Source: an uncultured Eubacteriales bacterium
GTDB lineage: Bacteria > Bacillota > Clostridia > Lachnospirales > Lachnospiraceae
DNA length: 64,000 nucleotides
Reading direction: 5' to 3'
NCBI GenBank assembly: GCA_900315305.1
Contig: OMYS01000002.1
Coordinates: forward strand, 4,149 to 68,148
Under the pieces are notes generated by a model. It was given only the letters and a program-made list of their open reading frames with translations. It did no database searches and was not told where the DNA came from. The stretch's first letter is position 1. Each line of letters opens with the position of its first letter. The position numbers and the translations under genes were made by a program. This document shows positions 31,641-42,531 of this stretch, piece after piece.

Positions 31641-31962
31641 AATTGCGGTCATGGGTGATTACGACAGCATTTACGGCTTTGCGGCGCTCGGCCTCACGAC
31701 ATTTCCGGTCGATATGGACGGAGATATGGAGGAGGCCGCGAAGGAGCTTAGGACCATTGCGGCAAGTGACTACGGCGTGATCTACATCACGGAGGCGCTT
31801 GCGGCAAAGCTGAAGAAGGAGATTGACCGGTACGCAGACCAGCTCCTGCCGGCAATTATCCTGATTCCGGGGGTCAGCGGCAACACGGGAGCCGGAGTGA
31901 GTCAGGTAAAGAAATCGGTTGAACAGGCGGTCGGTTCCGACATCCTGTTCAGCAGCGACTGA
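31633..31962 (+). CDS. V/A-type ATPase subunit F
   Basis: MYKIAVMGD.DSI.GF.ALG, PAIILIPG, VEQAVG. Confidence 0.92.
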   Translation: MYKIAVMGDYDSIYGFAALGLTTFPVDMDGDMEEAAKELRTIAASDYGVIYITEALAAKLKKEIDRYADQLLPAIILIPGVSGNTGAGVSQVKKSVEQAVGSDILFSSD

Positions 31963-32055
31963 GCAAACGCGAAAAACGGAGTATATAAGAGCGGTACGGG
32001 ATGCCTGTGAGGGGCACCTGCACCGGCCTTGCGCAAAAGAAAGGCATTGATAGAC

Positions 32056-33825
32056 ATGAGCACTGGAACAATCATTAAAGTTGCGGGCCCGCTGGTTGTC
32101 GCAGGAGGTATGCGCGACGCGAACATGTTTGACGTCGTGCGTGTCTCCCGCGAGCGTCTGATCGGTGAGATCATCGAAATGCACGGCGACCGGGCCTCTA
32201 TTCAGGTATATGAAGAGACACAGGGTCTCGGACCGGGCGAGCCGGTCGAATCTATGAACGAGCCGCTCTCAGTTGAGCTCGGGCCCGGACTGATCGGCTC
32301 GATCTACGATGGAATTCAGCGTCCGCTGAACAAAATCATGGAGAAGACGCACAGCAACCTGCTGTCCCGCGGCGTCGAGGTGCCGGCTCTTGATCATGAG
32401 AAGAAATGGCAGTTCAACGCGACCGCGAAGGCCGGCGATCAGGTTGTTGCCGGTGATATCCTCGGAACGGTCGAGGAGACACCGGTCGTCACGCAGAAGA
32501 TCATGGTTCCGTTCGGCACGGAGGGAACGATCGTCAGCATTCAGTCGGGGAGCTTCACGATCGATGAGACGATCGCAACGGTTCAGACAAAGAACGGACT
32601 GAAGAATCTGACGATGATGCAGAAATGGCCGGTTCGAAAGGGCCGCCCGTACGCGAAGAAGCTTCCGCCGGACATGCCGCTTGTCACGGGCCAGCGAGTT
32701 ATTGACGCATTCTTCCCGATCGCCAAGGGCGGTACGGCGGCCATCCCGGGGCCGTTCGGTTCAGGAAAGACGGTCACACAGCATCAGCTCGCGAAGTGGT
32801 CAGAGGCAGATATCGTCATTTACATCGGCTGCGGCGAGCGCGGCAACGAGATGACCGATGTTCTGAATGAGTTCCCGGAGCTCAAGGACCCGCGCACCGG
32901 AGAATCGCTGATGCAGAGAACGGTGCTGATCGCGAATACATCAGATATGCCGGTTGCGGCCCGCGAGGCGTCGATTTATACAGGCATCACGATGGCGGAA
33001 TATTTCCGCGACATGGGGTATTCGGTGGCCCTGATGGCAGACTCCACATCGCGTTGGGCGGAGGCTCTGCGTGAGATGTCCGGCCGTCTCGAGGAGATGC
33101 CCGGTGAGGAAGGCTATCCGGCTTATCTCGGCTCCCGCCTCGCACAGTTCTACGAGCGGGCCGGCCGCGTCATTTCACTCGGTAAGGAAGGAAGAGAGGG
33201 CTCTCTTTCGGCGATCGGAGCCGTATCCCCGCCAGGCGGTGATATTTCCGAGCCGGTCTCACAGGCGACGCTCCGCATCGTCAAGGTCTTCTGGGGACTT
33301 GATGCGAACCTTGCCTACCAGCGCCATTTCCCGGCGATCAACTGGCTGACATCCTACAGCCTGTATCTCGATGATATGGAGCCGTGGTTCAACAAGCATG
33401 TCGATCCGGCATGGATGGAGACCCGTCAGCATCTGATGAGCCTTCTGCAGGATGAGGCGAACCTGAACGAGATCGTCAAGATGGTCGGTATGGACGCGCT
33501 CTCTCCGCAGGACCGTCTGAAAATGGAAACCGCGCGGTCGATCCGTGAGGACTTCCTGCATCAGAATTCCTTCGATGAGATCGATACCTACACGTCCCTG
33601 AAGAAGCAGTTCTACATGATGCGGCTGGTGTACGCATTTTATGAGCAGGGCACGAAGGCACTCGCGCAGGGCGCAAGCATCAACGACGTCGTCAAGCTGC
33701 CTGTCCGCGAGGAAATCGGACGCTACAAGTATACGCATGAGGAACAGATCGGCGAGCGCTATCAGAAGATCACGGAGGATCTGGCGACGCAGATGGCCAA
33801 CACAATCGGAAAGGAGGACCTGTGA
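32056..33825 (+). CDS. ntpA: V/A-type ATPase catalytic subunit A
   Basis: [10 protein letters not shown]-loop, [27 protein letters not shown]. Confidence 0.97.
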   Translation: MSTGTIIKVAGPLVVAGGMRDANMFDVVRVSRERLIGEIIEMHGDRASIQVYEETQGLGPGEPVESMNEPLSVELGPGLIGSIYDGIQRPLNKIMEKTHSNLLSRGVEVPALDHEKKWQFNATAKAGDQVVAGDILGTVEETPVVTQKIMVPFGTEGTIVSIQSGSFTIDETIATVQTKNGLKNLTMMQKWPVRKGRPYAKKLPPDMPLVTGQRVIDAFFPIAKGGTAAIPGPFGSGKTVTQHQLAKWSEADIVIYIGCGERGNEMTDVLNEFPELKDPRTGESLMQRTVLIANTSDMPVAAREASIYTGITMAEYFRDMGYSVALMADSTSRWAEALREMSGRLEEMPGEEGYPAYLGSRLAQFYERAGRVISLGKEGREGSLSAIGAVSPPGGDISEPVSQATLRIVKVFWGLDANLAYQRHFPAINWLTSYSLYLDDMEPWFNKHVDPAWMETRQHLMSLLQDEANLNEIVKMVGMDALSPQDRLKMETARSIREDFLHQNSFDEIDTYTSLKKQFYMMRLVYAFYEQGTKALAQGASINDVVKLPVREEIGRYKYTHEEQIGERYQKITEDLATQMANTIGKEDL

Positions 33826-33828
33826 TCC

Positions 33829-35199
33829 ATGGCTAAGGAATATCGTACAATTCAGGAAGTCGCGGGACCTCTGATGCTCGTGAAGGGCGTCGAGAACGTC
33901 AAGTACAACGAGCTCGGCGAGATTGAGCTGGCCTCCGGCGAGACAAGAAAATGCAAGGTCCTCGAGGTGGACGGCGACAAGGCTCTCGTCCAGCTCTTTG
34001 AGTCCGCGACAGGTATCAACCTCTCCAACTCAAAGGTCAGATTCCTGGGACGGGCAATGGAGCTTGGCGTGTCGGAGGACATGCTCGGGCGCGTCTTCGA
34101 CGGCATGGGCCGTACGATTGACGGCGGCCCGGAGATCCTTCCGGACAAGCGCATGGACATCAACGGTCTGCCGATGAACCCGGCGGCGAGAGCATATCCG
34201 TCGGAGTTCATTCAGACAGGTGTTTCCGCGATCGACGGACTGAACACGCTGGTCCGCGGCCAGAAGCTGCCGATTTTCTCGGCCTCCGGTCTTCCGCACA
34301 ACCAGCTGGCTGCACAGATCGCGCGTCAGGCGAAGGTCCGCGGAACCGATGAGCCGTTCGCCGTCGTCTTCGCGGCGATGGGCATCACCTTCGAGGAGGC
34401 GAATTTCTTCCAGGAATCCTTCCGGGAGACAGGCGCGATCGACAGAACGGTGCTGTTCATCAACCTCGCCAACGACCCGGCTGTCGAGCGTATTTCGACG
34501 CCGCGTATGGCACTGACAGCGGCAGAGTACCTTGCATTTGAAAAGGATATGCACGTGCTCGTCATTATGACGGATATCACAAACTACGCGGATGCGCTCC
34601 GCGAGGTCTCCGCGGCCCGCAAGGAGGTCCCGGGACGCCGCGGATATCCGGGCTATATGTACACGGACCTCGCTCAGCTGTACGAACGCGCCGGCCGCCA
34701 GAGAGGAAAGAAGGGCTCGATCACACTGATCCCGATCCTGACCATGCCAGAGGACGATAAGACGCACCCGATCCCCGACCTTACCGGATATATCACAGAG
34801 GGCCAGGTCATTCTGTCAAGAGAGCTCTATCGGAAGGGCATCAAGCCGCCGATCGATGTTCTGCCGTCCCTGTCCCGTCTGAAGGATAAGGGTATCGGCG
34901 AGGGAAAGACAAGAGCAGATCATGCGGCGACTATGAACCAGCTCTTTGCGGCGTATGCGCGCGGCAAGGACGCGAAGGAGCTCATGACAATTCTCGGCGA
35001 GGCCGCTCTGACGGATATCGATCTTCTGTACGCGAAATTCGCGGATGAATTCGAGAAGCGGTATGTGAATCAGGGGTATAAGACAGACCGCAGCATCGAG
35101 GAGACGCTCGATCTTGGCTGGGACCTTCTGAGAATCCTTCCGAGATCCGAGCTGAAGAGAATTCCGGACGCGATGCTTGACGAATACTATAAGCGTTAA
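33829..35199 (+). CDS. ntpB: V/A-type ATPase subunit B
   Basis: [43 protein letters not shown]. Confidence 0.97.
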   Translation: MAKEYRTIQEVAGPLMLVKGVENVKYNELGEIELASGETRKCKVLEVDGDKALVQLFESATGINLSNSKVRFLGRAMELGVSEDMLGRVFDGMGRTIDGGPEILPDKRMDINGLPMNPAARAYPSEFIQTGVSAIDGLNTLVRGQKLPIFSASGLPHNQLAAQIARQAKVRGTDEPFAVVFAAMGITFEEANFFQESFRETGAIDRTVLFINLANDPAVERISTPRMALTAAEYLAFEKDMHVLVIMTDITNYADALREVSAARKEVPGRRGYPGYMYTDLAQLYERAGRQRGKKGSITLIPILTMPEDDKTHPIPDLTGYITEGQVILSRELYRKGIKPPIDVLPSLSRLKDKGIGEGKTRADHAATMNQLFAAYARGKDAKELMTILGEAALTDIDLLYAKFADEFEKRYVNQGYKTDRSIEETLDLGWDLLRILPRSELKRIPDAMLDEYYKR

Positions 35200-35210
35200 C
35201 TACGAGTCGG

Positions 35211-35395
35211 GCGTGTTCACAGGCGCAGATAAAAGATATGCTTGCATATCTTTTTGGGAGCGCCTGTGAACGCATCCGACGACAGTCGGAGCATCTTGCG
35301 CATTCTGCGCAAGGAGCTCAGAACTTCGTTCTGCGCAAGTGATAAGCTCGACGAGAGTTGCCGGGCCAGTGATAAGTCCGACGAGATTGTCAGAA
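35211..35395. other. Multi-hairpin intercistronic element between ntpB and ntpD
   Basis: Stems 35215-26/35260-71 and 35231-41/35244-54, plus three small hairpins. Confidence 0.7.
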
Positions 35396-35413
35396 CCCTA
35401 AAGGAGAGTAATC

Positions 35414-36079
35414 TTGGCAAGTATAACTGTCAGCCCTACCCGGATGGAGCTCACCCGTCTCAAGAAGAAGCTTGTGACGGCCGTGAAGGGGCACCGTCTT
35501 CTGAAGGACAAGCGGGATGAGCTCATGCGTGAGTTCCTCGATCTTGTCCGGGAGGATATGGAGCTCCGCGTGAAGGTCGAGAAGGGCATAAAGGACGCAA
35601 ACAGAAATTTCGTTCTCGCGAAAGCAGGCATGTCAGAGGAGACACTTCGCGCGGCTCTGATGGCACCCAAGCAGGAAGTTTATCTGAAACAGGATAAAAA
35701 GAATGTAATGAGTGTTGACATCCCGGTTTTTGACTACGATACTAGAACAGCGGACAAAAATGATATATATTCCTATGGTTTTGCTTTTACGTCCGGTGAT
35801 CTGGACGGCGCTGTTCAGTCTCTGTCAGATATTCTGCCGGATATGCTGAAGCTCGCAGAGGTTGAAAAATCCTGTCAGCTGATGGCGTCCGAGATCGAGA
35901 AGACCAGGCGCCGCGTCAACGCGCTGGAGCATGTGATCATTCCGGAGACCCAGGAGGGAATCCGGTACATCACGATGAAGCTGGATGAAAATGAGCGAAG
36001 CACACAGGTCCGCCTGATGAAGATCAAAGACATGATGCTGGAGGACGCTCATAACTACAGTGAAAAAGAGAATAATTAA
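35414..36079 (+). CDS. ntpD: V/A-type ATPase subunit D
   Basis: PTRMELTRLK, GHRLLKDKRDEL, EIEKTRRRVNALE; TTG start after AAGGAG. Confidence 0.95.
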   Translation: MASITVSPTRMELTRLKKKLVTAVKGHRLLKDKRDELMREFLDLVREDMELRVKVEKGIKDANRNFVLAKAGMSEETLRAALMAPKQEVYLKQDKKNVMSVDIPVFDYDTRTADKNDIYSYGFAFTSGDLDGAVQSLSDILPDMLKLAEVEKSCQLMASEIEKTRRRVNALEHVIIPETQEGIRYITMKLDENERSTQVRLMKIKDMMLEDAHNYSEKENN

Positions 36080-38633
36080 GTATATCGCATTGTTTGCTAT
36101 ATTCTGCGGCGGAGTGGCGCTGTTTTCCAATCTGTTTTTTATCAGCCGCCAGCAGACCTTATCAGCGTCGGATCTCTCAGATCCGACGCTTCCTGTCATG
36201 TGCATCGATATTGACGGGAATAAAATCGACCAGCTGAACGGGTTCACCTCAGAGATGAACGCGCAGGACATGCGCGATGCGCTGATTCCGATCTCTTCCA
36301 AGCGGACGGTGACCGTCTCCTACAAGGCGTACAAGAATACGATCCAGTCTGTGTCCTACGAGGTGACGACTCCGGACACCGGTGAGGTTGTCGAAAATGC
36401 AAAGATCGGCAACTTTACGTCGGACGGGGACTACATGACGGCGTCGTTCACGCTGAGCAAGCCGATTCTGATGAACCGCGAGTACCCGATCTGCTTTACG
36501 ATTCAGACCGCTGATACCACCGTGTACTATTACGCGAGCCTGATCCAGCGCTCTGATCCGGTCACGAGCAACTACGTGCAGTTCGTCTATGACTTCTATC
36601 AGAACAGTCTGAATGCGGAGACATCCGCCGATCTGAATTCGTATCTTGAGACGGACAATACGATCACAAACAACACGTATACGAATGTCAACCTGCAGTC
36701 GACCTTGAAGCAGATCAGCTGGGGCTCACTTGCGCCGACCCTGTTCCGCAAGGCAGTCCCGAAGATCACGGAGATCAATGACAACACCTGCTCGATGACA
36801 AATGAATACATCCTGAGCGCCGCCAATGATGCGGGAGAGACAGAGTACTACCGCGTCACGGAATTCTACCGGATGCGCTACTACAACAGCAAGATGTACC
36901 TGCTCAATTTCACGAGAGATGCGGAGCAGATCTACGACGGCAGCAGCGGGGCGGCGGTCACGGCCTCCGGCGTCAATCTCGGAGTCGCCAGCAAGTCCGT
37001 CCAGTATATGTCGGACGATGCCGGCGATCTGGTTGCATTTGTCCAGAACGGGGCTCTGTGGGAATTCAACTCGTCATCGGAGAAGCTGTCGGAGGTGTTC
37101 TCATTTTCGGATGGGACATCGGCGGATGAGCGGTACGACAACACGGACTGCGACATCAAGATTATCAGGACCTACGAGGGCGGCGGACTGGACTTCATGG
37201 TCTACGGCTACATGAGCCGCGGAGAGCATGAGGGCCAGATGGGCATCATGGTCTGCCACTACAACGCGGAGTCATCGGTCGTGACGGAGCAGGTCTTTAT
37301 TCCGTACAATAAGTCCTGGCAGCTGCTGAAGCACGATATCGCCCGCCTTTCCTATATGAATACGGACGGCGATATCTATCTCTACCTGGACCGCAGTCTG
37401 TATCGGATCAAGAACGGAACCAATCAGGCGGAGACGCTGCTCACGGACATCACGCCGGAGTGCTTCGTGGCCAATACGGACAATAATATGGTCGCATACC
37501 AGAATGAGATGAAGGAGAACGCGTCCCAGACGGTCACGGTCATGGACCTTGACAGCGGGAAGACGAAGACAATCAGCGCGGGGAGCGGGCAGTACATCAA
37601 GGCGCTCGGCTTCTTCGGCGATGACTTCATGTACGGATTTGCGAACCAGTCTGATTTCGTCGCGGACGCATCGGGAACGGTGACATTTCCGATGTGCGAG
37701 CTGAAGGTCGAAGCATTTGACGGGACAGTAAAGAAGGATTACAAGGCGGACGGCATCTACATCAAGTCTGTGACGATGGAGCCGGGACTTGCCGAGCTCA
37801 CGCGCGTGACGAAGAACAGCGACGGATCCTATGCGGCGGCGAGTGATGACACGATTCTGAACAGCTCTGCCGGCTCAAGCTCTGTGGTCAAGGTCTCGAC
37901 AAGCAATACGACGCGGCAGGGAACGACGGTCACGCTTGCGATGCCGTCGACGGTCTCGAATATAAAGCCGGCGGTCGGAAGCTTCCAGGTCCAGTATGCC
38001 GGCAGTGAGTCGGCGGACTTAAACCTTGGCAGTGACAGCGGGGATTACTACTATGTCTACGCGTACGGCGGCCTGCAGGGCGTCTATTCCTCCGCGGCGA
38101 CAGCTGTCGCGACGGCGGATGCCGATGTCGGTACGGTCGTTGACTCGGAGGGCCAGTATGTCTATGAGCGCGGCGCACGGGCGACAGAGACGGAGCTGAA
38201 CAATGATGACATCCCGTCGGCGTTCCTGTCCGGAGAGACAAATGCGGACAAGCTGCAGCAGCTGCTCGATGAGGCGGCCGGGTCATCCGACAGCTCTGCG
38301 TCTTCGGCCGATTCACTGGCAGAGGATACAGAGAGCACTGCGTCAGGGACATCTTCGTCCTCGGGTTCTGATATCCGGGTGATCAATCTGACAGGCTGCA
38401 CGCTCGACGATGTCCTCTACGAGGTCTCGCAGGGACGCGCTGTCGCGACGAGGCTTGCGGACGGGTCAGCGGCTGTGATCGTCGGCTATAACCAGTACAA
38501 CACGCTGCTCTATGACTTCAGCACGGGCAAGCACTACTATATGGGCATCAACGACTCGACGGCGAGCATGCAGGCGGCGGGCAATATCTTCGTCTCCTAT
38601 GTCAAGCCGCAGGCGACACTGAAGGACGGCTGA
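36060..38633 (+). CDS. Large membrane-anchored/secreted hypothetical protein (857 aa)
   Basis: N-terminal basic residues plus hydrophobic helix, normal codon usage, Ser-rich linker near the C-terminus; overlaps the ntpD end by 20 nt. Confidence 0.85.
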   Translation: MKKRIIKYIALFAIFCGGVALFSNLFFISRQQTLSASDLSDPTLPVMCIDIDGNKIDQLNGFTSEMNAQDMRDALIPISSKRTVTVSYKAYKNTIQSVSYEVTTPDTGEVVENAKIGNFTSDGDYMTASFTLSKPILMNREYPICFTIQTADTTVYYYASLIQRSDPVTSNYVQFVYDFYQNSLNAETSADLNSYLETDNTITNNTYTNVNLQSTLKQISWGSLAPTLFRKAVPKITEINDNTCSMTNEYILSAANDAGETEYYRVTEFYRMRYYNSKMYLLNFTRDAEQIYDGSSGAAVTASGVNLGVASKSVQYMSDDAGDLVAFVQNGALWEFNSSSEKLSEVFSFSDGTSADERYDNTDCDIKIIRTYEGGGLDFMVYGYMSRGEHEGQMGIMVCHYNAESSVVTEQVFIPYNKSWQLLKHDIARLSYMNTDGDIYLYLDRSLYRIKNGTNQAETLLTDITPECFVANTDNNMVAYQNEMKENASQTVTVMDLDSGKTKTISAGSGQYIKALGFFGDDFMYGFANQSDFVADASGTVTFPMCELKVEAFDGTVKKDYKADGIYIKSVTMEPGLAELTRVTKNSDGSYAAASDDTILNSSAGSSSVVKVSTSNTTRQGTTVTLAMPSTVSNIKPAVGSFQVQYAGSESADLNLGSDSGDYYYVYAYGGLQGVYSSAATAVATADADVGTVVDSEGQYVYERGARATETELNNDDIPSAFLSGETNADKLQQLLDEAAGSSDSSASSADSLAEDTESTASGTSSSSGSDIRVINLTGCTLDDVLYEVSQGRAVATRLADGSAAVIVGYNQYNTLLYDFSTGKHYYMGINDSTASMQAAGNIFVSYVKPQATLKDG

Positions 38634-38722
38634 GAGTGAGGAAGCCGCTCTGTCCACCCATGACGAGGAACGCGGCGCGTTCCGAGTCTGAAAAAATATA
38701 AAACAATAGGAAATGAGCGAGT

Positions 38723-38764
38723 AGGCCGCTGCCGGATCTTTCCGGCGGCGGCCTGCTTTTTTTT
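38723..38764 (+). terminator. Intrinsic terminator
   Basis: aggccgctgccgg/ccggcggcggcct plus 8 T. Confidence 0.85.
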
Positions 38765-38891
38765 GTTAAAGCCGGACTGCGCGGGTGAAAGGGCGGCGAA
38801 GGAATTCATTGGATTTGCAGGGGTCACAGATGGCTGTGCATTTTTCGTGAATAAAATGTGAACAAAAAAGGATTTTTATCGGGTATATGCC

Positions 38892-38951
38892 TTGACTCAG
38901 GTCCCGTTTATGTCTATCATAATCTCTATGCATCAGAAATATCAGAAAATC
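38892..38951 (+). promoter_or_regulatory. Sigma-A promoter of the liv operon with a possible CodY-like box
   Basis: TTGACT-17-TATCAT (38892-38920); aaatatcagaaaatc (38937-51) matches AATTTTCWGAAAATT at 12/15. Confidence 0.45.
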
Positions 38952-39080
38952 TGCTCGAAGCATAAGAATAACTGATGAAAATCGGCGAATTCCGTTCTTT
39001 GATAAGAGATTGTGATGGATGACATGTCCATCTGTTCTGATCGGAGATGTAGTATATTTCCTAAAGGAGGAGTGTATATT

Positions 39081-40367
39081 ATGGAAATGAGAAAATTCAC
39101 AAGCCTTGTGCTGGCGGCAGCCATGGGCGCGGGTCTTCTCGCAGGCTGCGGCAGCTCTTCATCAACGTCTTCATCGACCGCTTCATCGGCGGCAGCAACG
39201 GCATCTGTTGTGACGGATACCACGTCGACAACGACGGCAAACGCTTCCAGCGGCGATACATTCAAGATCGGCGTCATCGGACCGCTGACAGGCGGCGCTT
39301 CCGCATACGGCACAGCCGTTCTCTACGGCGCGCAGGTTGCGGCAAATGAGATCAACGCGGCCGGCGGTATCAACGGCTATCAGGTCGAGATCGTCTCCGC
39401 AGATGATGAGAACGACGCACAGAAGTCCGTCAACTGCTACAATACACTGAAGGACAAGGGCATGCAGATCCTTGCCGGAACAGTTACATCCAATCCGTGC
39501 ATCGCGGTCGCTGATTACACGAAGCAGGACAACATGTTCCAGATCACACCGTCAGGCTCCGCTGAGAAGTGCATCGCGAACGACAACGTCTTCCGTACAT
39601 GCTTCGCAGATCCGGAGCAGGGTACACTTTCCGCTGACTACATGAGCGAGAACAAGCTCGGCAAGAAGGTCGGTATCATTTACGATCAGTCCGATTCCTA
39701 CTCTTCAGGCATCCATGACGCATTTGTCAAGGAAGCAAAGAAGGATGGCCTCGACGTCGTATCTGATGAGGCATTCAACGCGGACAACAAGACAGACTTC
39801 TCTGTCCAGATCCAGGCTGCTCAGGATGCGGGCGCTGACATCCTCTTCCTTCCGTTCTACTACACAGAGGCTTCCCTCGTTCTGCAGCAGGCGAAGAAGA
39901 TGAACTACTCACCGCTGTTCTTCGGCTGCGACGGTATGGATGGTATCCTTACGGTCGATGGCTTTGACAAGAGCCTTGCCGAGGGCCTGATGCTGATGGC
40001 TCCGTTCTCCGCTTCCGCGACAGACGAGAAGACACAGGCATTCGATACAGCATATGAGAAGCTGTCCGGCGGCGAAGCTCCGAACCAGTTCGGCGCTGAT
40101 GAGTACGATACACTGTACGCGATCAAGGCTGCTGCCGAGAAGGAAAATGTCACTCCGTCCATGAGCGTCTCCGATATCTGCGAGGCCATGAAGAAGGGCA
40201 TGACAGAGATCCAGATCTCCGGTCTGACATCTGATTCCATCACATGGGACAAGTCCGGTGCTCCGACAAAGAGCCCGCGTGTCTACGTCATCAAGAACGG
40301 CGAGTATGTTGAGGAGTCCACATCTGATTCCGCAGCGACATCCACAGCAGCATCGACTGCTTCATGA
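39081..40367 (+). CDS. Branched-chain amino acid ABC transporter substrate-binding lipoprotein (LivJ/K-like)
   Basis: Lipobox LLAGC, IGVIGPLTG, INAAGGING, Ser/Thr-rich termini; RBS AAGGAGG. Confidence 0.9.
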   Translation: MEMRKFTSLVLAAAMGAGLLAGCGSSSSTSSSTASSAAATASVVTDTTSTTTANASSGDTFKIGVIGPLTGGASAYGTAVLYGAQVAANEINAAGGINGYQVEIVSADDENDAQKSVNCYNTLKDKGMQILAGTVTSNPCIAVADYTKQDNMFQITPSGSAEKCIANDNVFRTCFADPEQGTLSADYMSENKLGKKVGIIYDQSDSYSSGIHDAFVKEAKKDGLDVVSDEAFNADNKTDFSVQIQAAQDAGADILFLPFYYTEASLVLQQAKKMNYSPLFFGCDGMDGILTVDGFDKSLAEGLMLMAPFSASATDEKTQAFDTAYEKLSGGEAPNQFGADEYDTLYAIKAAAEKENVTPSMSVSDICEAMKKGMTEIQISGLTSDSITWDKSGAPTKSPRVYVIKNGEYVEESTSDSAATSTAASTAS

Positions 40368-40396
40368 CGGGAAATCCAAGCATAACATAATCAGAA

Positions 40397-40434
40397 GAAG
40401 CTGCCGCGCCGGCCTGTTCCGACGCGGCAGCTTC
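40397..40434 (+). terminator. Intercistronic hairpin after the substrate-binding gene (attenuator or mRNA stabiliser)
   Basis: 12-bp perfect stem gaagctgccgcg/cgcggcagcttc with no U-tail. Confidence 0.55.
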
Positions 40435-40539
40435 AGCCAATTTTAACCCATTGAAAGCGGCTTCGAAGAGTTTCGAGGCCAGGCTTCGAATCATTTCGAA
40501 CTGCTTTCAATACACTGAAGACAAAGGTCCGGTAAAACT

Positions 40540-41424
40540 ATGAACTTTCTGAATTATCTGATCAGCGGCATCAGCCTCGGCGCCGTCTACGCGATCATCG
40601 CTCTGGGCTACACGATGGTCTACGGCATCGCCAATATGCTGAACTTCGCGCACGGCGATTTCATCATGGTCGGAAGCTATATCATTTACGTGCTCGTCTC
40701 GAATCAGGGCATGAATCCGATCGCCGCGCTTCTCATTTCCATTGTGTGCTGCGCGGGCATCGGTGTTCTCACGGAGAAGGTCGCGTATAAACCGCTCCGC
40801 AACGCAAAATCACGTCTCGCCGTCTTGATCACGGCAATCGGCGTCAGCTACTTCCTTGAAAATGGGGCGCTCCTCATTTTCGGGTCGAACACGAAGGCCT
40901 TCCCGTCCATCGTCAACTGGTCGGGCGTCACGCTCTTCGGCGGACAGGTCAAGATCCAGGGAACGACGATCGTGACGATCCTTGCATCTGTCATTATTCT
41001 TGTTGTTCTTCAGTGGTTTGTCCACAAGACAAAGGAAGGCCAGGCGATGCTCGCCGTCGCTGAGAATTACGGGACGGCCACTCTGATGGGCGTCAACGTC
41101 AACCACACGATTTCCATCACGTTCCTGATCGGCTCGGGTCTCGCGGCCATCGCGGGCGCTCTCATGTGCAGCGCATACCCGTCCCTGACTCCGTACACGG
41201 GCGCAATGCCGGGCATCAAGGCATTTGTCGCGGCTGTCCTCGGAGGAATCGGCTCGATTCCGGGCGCTATGATCGGAGGCATTCTTCTCGGTGTCATCGA
41301 GAACCTGAGCAAGGCATATATTTCCTCGCAGCTCTCCGACGCAATCGTATTCAGTATCCTGATTATCGTTCTGCTTGTGAAGCCTACGGGCATCCTCGGC
41401 AAGAAGGTTCAGGTCAAGGTCTGA
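40540..41424 (+). CDS. livH: BCAA ABC transporter permease
   Basis: YAIIALGYTMVYG..NFAHG, KAFVAAVLGGIGSIPGA. Confidence 0.92.
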   Translation: MNFLNYLISGISLGAVYAIIALGYTMVYGIANMLNFAHGDFIMVGSYIIYVLVSNQGMNPIAALLISIVCCAGIGVLTEKVAYKPLRNAKSRLAVLITAIGVSYFLENGALLIFGSNTKAFPSIVNWSGVTLFGGQVKIQGTTIVTILASVIILVVLQWFVHKTKEGQAMLAVAENYGTATLMGVNVNHTISITFLIGSGLAAIAGALMCSAYPSLTPYTGAMPGIKAFVAAVLGGIGSIPGAMIGGILLGVIENLSKAYISSQLSDAIVFSILIIVLLVKPTGILGKKVQVKV

Positions 41425-41439
41425 CGGAGGGAGCACTTT

Positions 41440-42531
41440 ATGAGCAAAACGAAGACATTGTCAAAAACCGGCAGGGATCATCTGATCACCTACGGAATGG
41501 TTATTATTATTTATATTGTCGTTGAGATTCTGCTGCACGCGGGCCTGATCAACAACCAGATGCAGGGACTTCTCGTTCCGGTCTGCTACTATTCGGTCTG
41601 CGCGGTCGCCCTGAACCTCTGCGTCGGTATTCTCGGCGAGCTGTCACTCGGCCACGCGGGCTTTATGTGTGTCGGCGCGTTTGCGAGCGCAATCTGGTCT
41701 TATCAAATGCAGAGCACTTCGATGCCGGCCGGGCTCCGCTTCTTCATCGCATTCCTGATCGGCATCGCGGCGGCGATGATCATCGGCGTGATCATCGGTA
41801 TCCCGGTTCTCCGCCTGAACGGCGACTACCTCGCAATCGTGACGCTTGCATTCGGCGAGATCATCAAGAACCTGAACAGCGCCCTGTTCCTCGGCATCGA
41901 CAGCAAGGGCATCCACCTGTCACTCAAGTCGGCCATCTACCTGAACCTCGAGGACGGTGTGGACCCGATCGTCAACGGCGCGCAGGGTATCGCGGGAACG
42001 CCGCGCGACGCGAACTTCACGATCGCGGTCATTGTGCTTCTCATTTCCCTGTTTATCGTCCAGAACCTGATCGATTCGCGTGACGGACGCGCCATCATGG
42101 CGATCCGCGACAACCGGATCGCGGCTGAGGCGACGGGAATCAACGTCACAAAATATAAGATGCTTGCATTTGTCATCTCGGCGGGCATCGCGGGAGCGGC
42201 AGGCGTCCTCTACTCGCACAACATTTCCACGCTCGTGTCCCAGTCCCAGTATTTCGGCTACAACGTGTCGATTCTGATTCTGGTCTACGTCGTGCTCGGC
42301 GGCATCGGAAATATGCGCGGATCGGTCATCGCGACGGCCATCCTCTATATTCTCCCGGAGCTGCTCCGCGGACTCAACAAGTACCGTATGTTCGTATATT
42401 CAATTGTCCTCATCGTCATGATGCTGCTCAACTGGGCTCCGGCCGCGGTCATGTTCCGCAAGAAGCTGTTTGCGCGTTTCAGGAAAAATGAAGGCACCGC
42501 TGAAGGAGGTCGCAAGAATGGCACTGCTTGA
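41440..42531 (+). CDS. livM: BCAA ABC transporter permease
   Basis: GELSLGHAGF, LRLNGDYLAIVTLAFGEI, VVLGGIG. Confidence 0.92.
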   Translation: MSKTKTLSKTGRDHLITYGMVIIIYIVVEILLHAGLINNQMQGLLVPVCYYSVCAVALNLCVGILGELSLGHAGFMCVGAFASAIWSYQMQSTSMPAGLRFFIAFLIGIAAAMIIGVIIGIPVLRLNGDYLAIVTLAFGEIIKNLNSALFLGIDSKGIHLSLKSAIYLNLEDGVDPIVNGAQGIAGTPRDANFTIAVIVLLISLFIVQNLIDSRDGRAIMAIRDNRIAAEATGINVTKYKMLAFVISAGIAGAAGVLYSHNISTLVSQSQYFGYNVSILILVYVVLGGIGNMRGSVIATAILYILPELLRGLNKYRMFVYSIVLIVMMLLNWAPAAVMFRKKLFARFRKNEGTAEGGRKNGTA

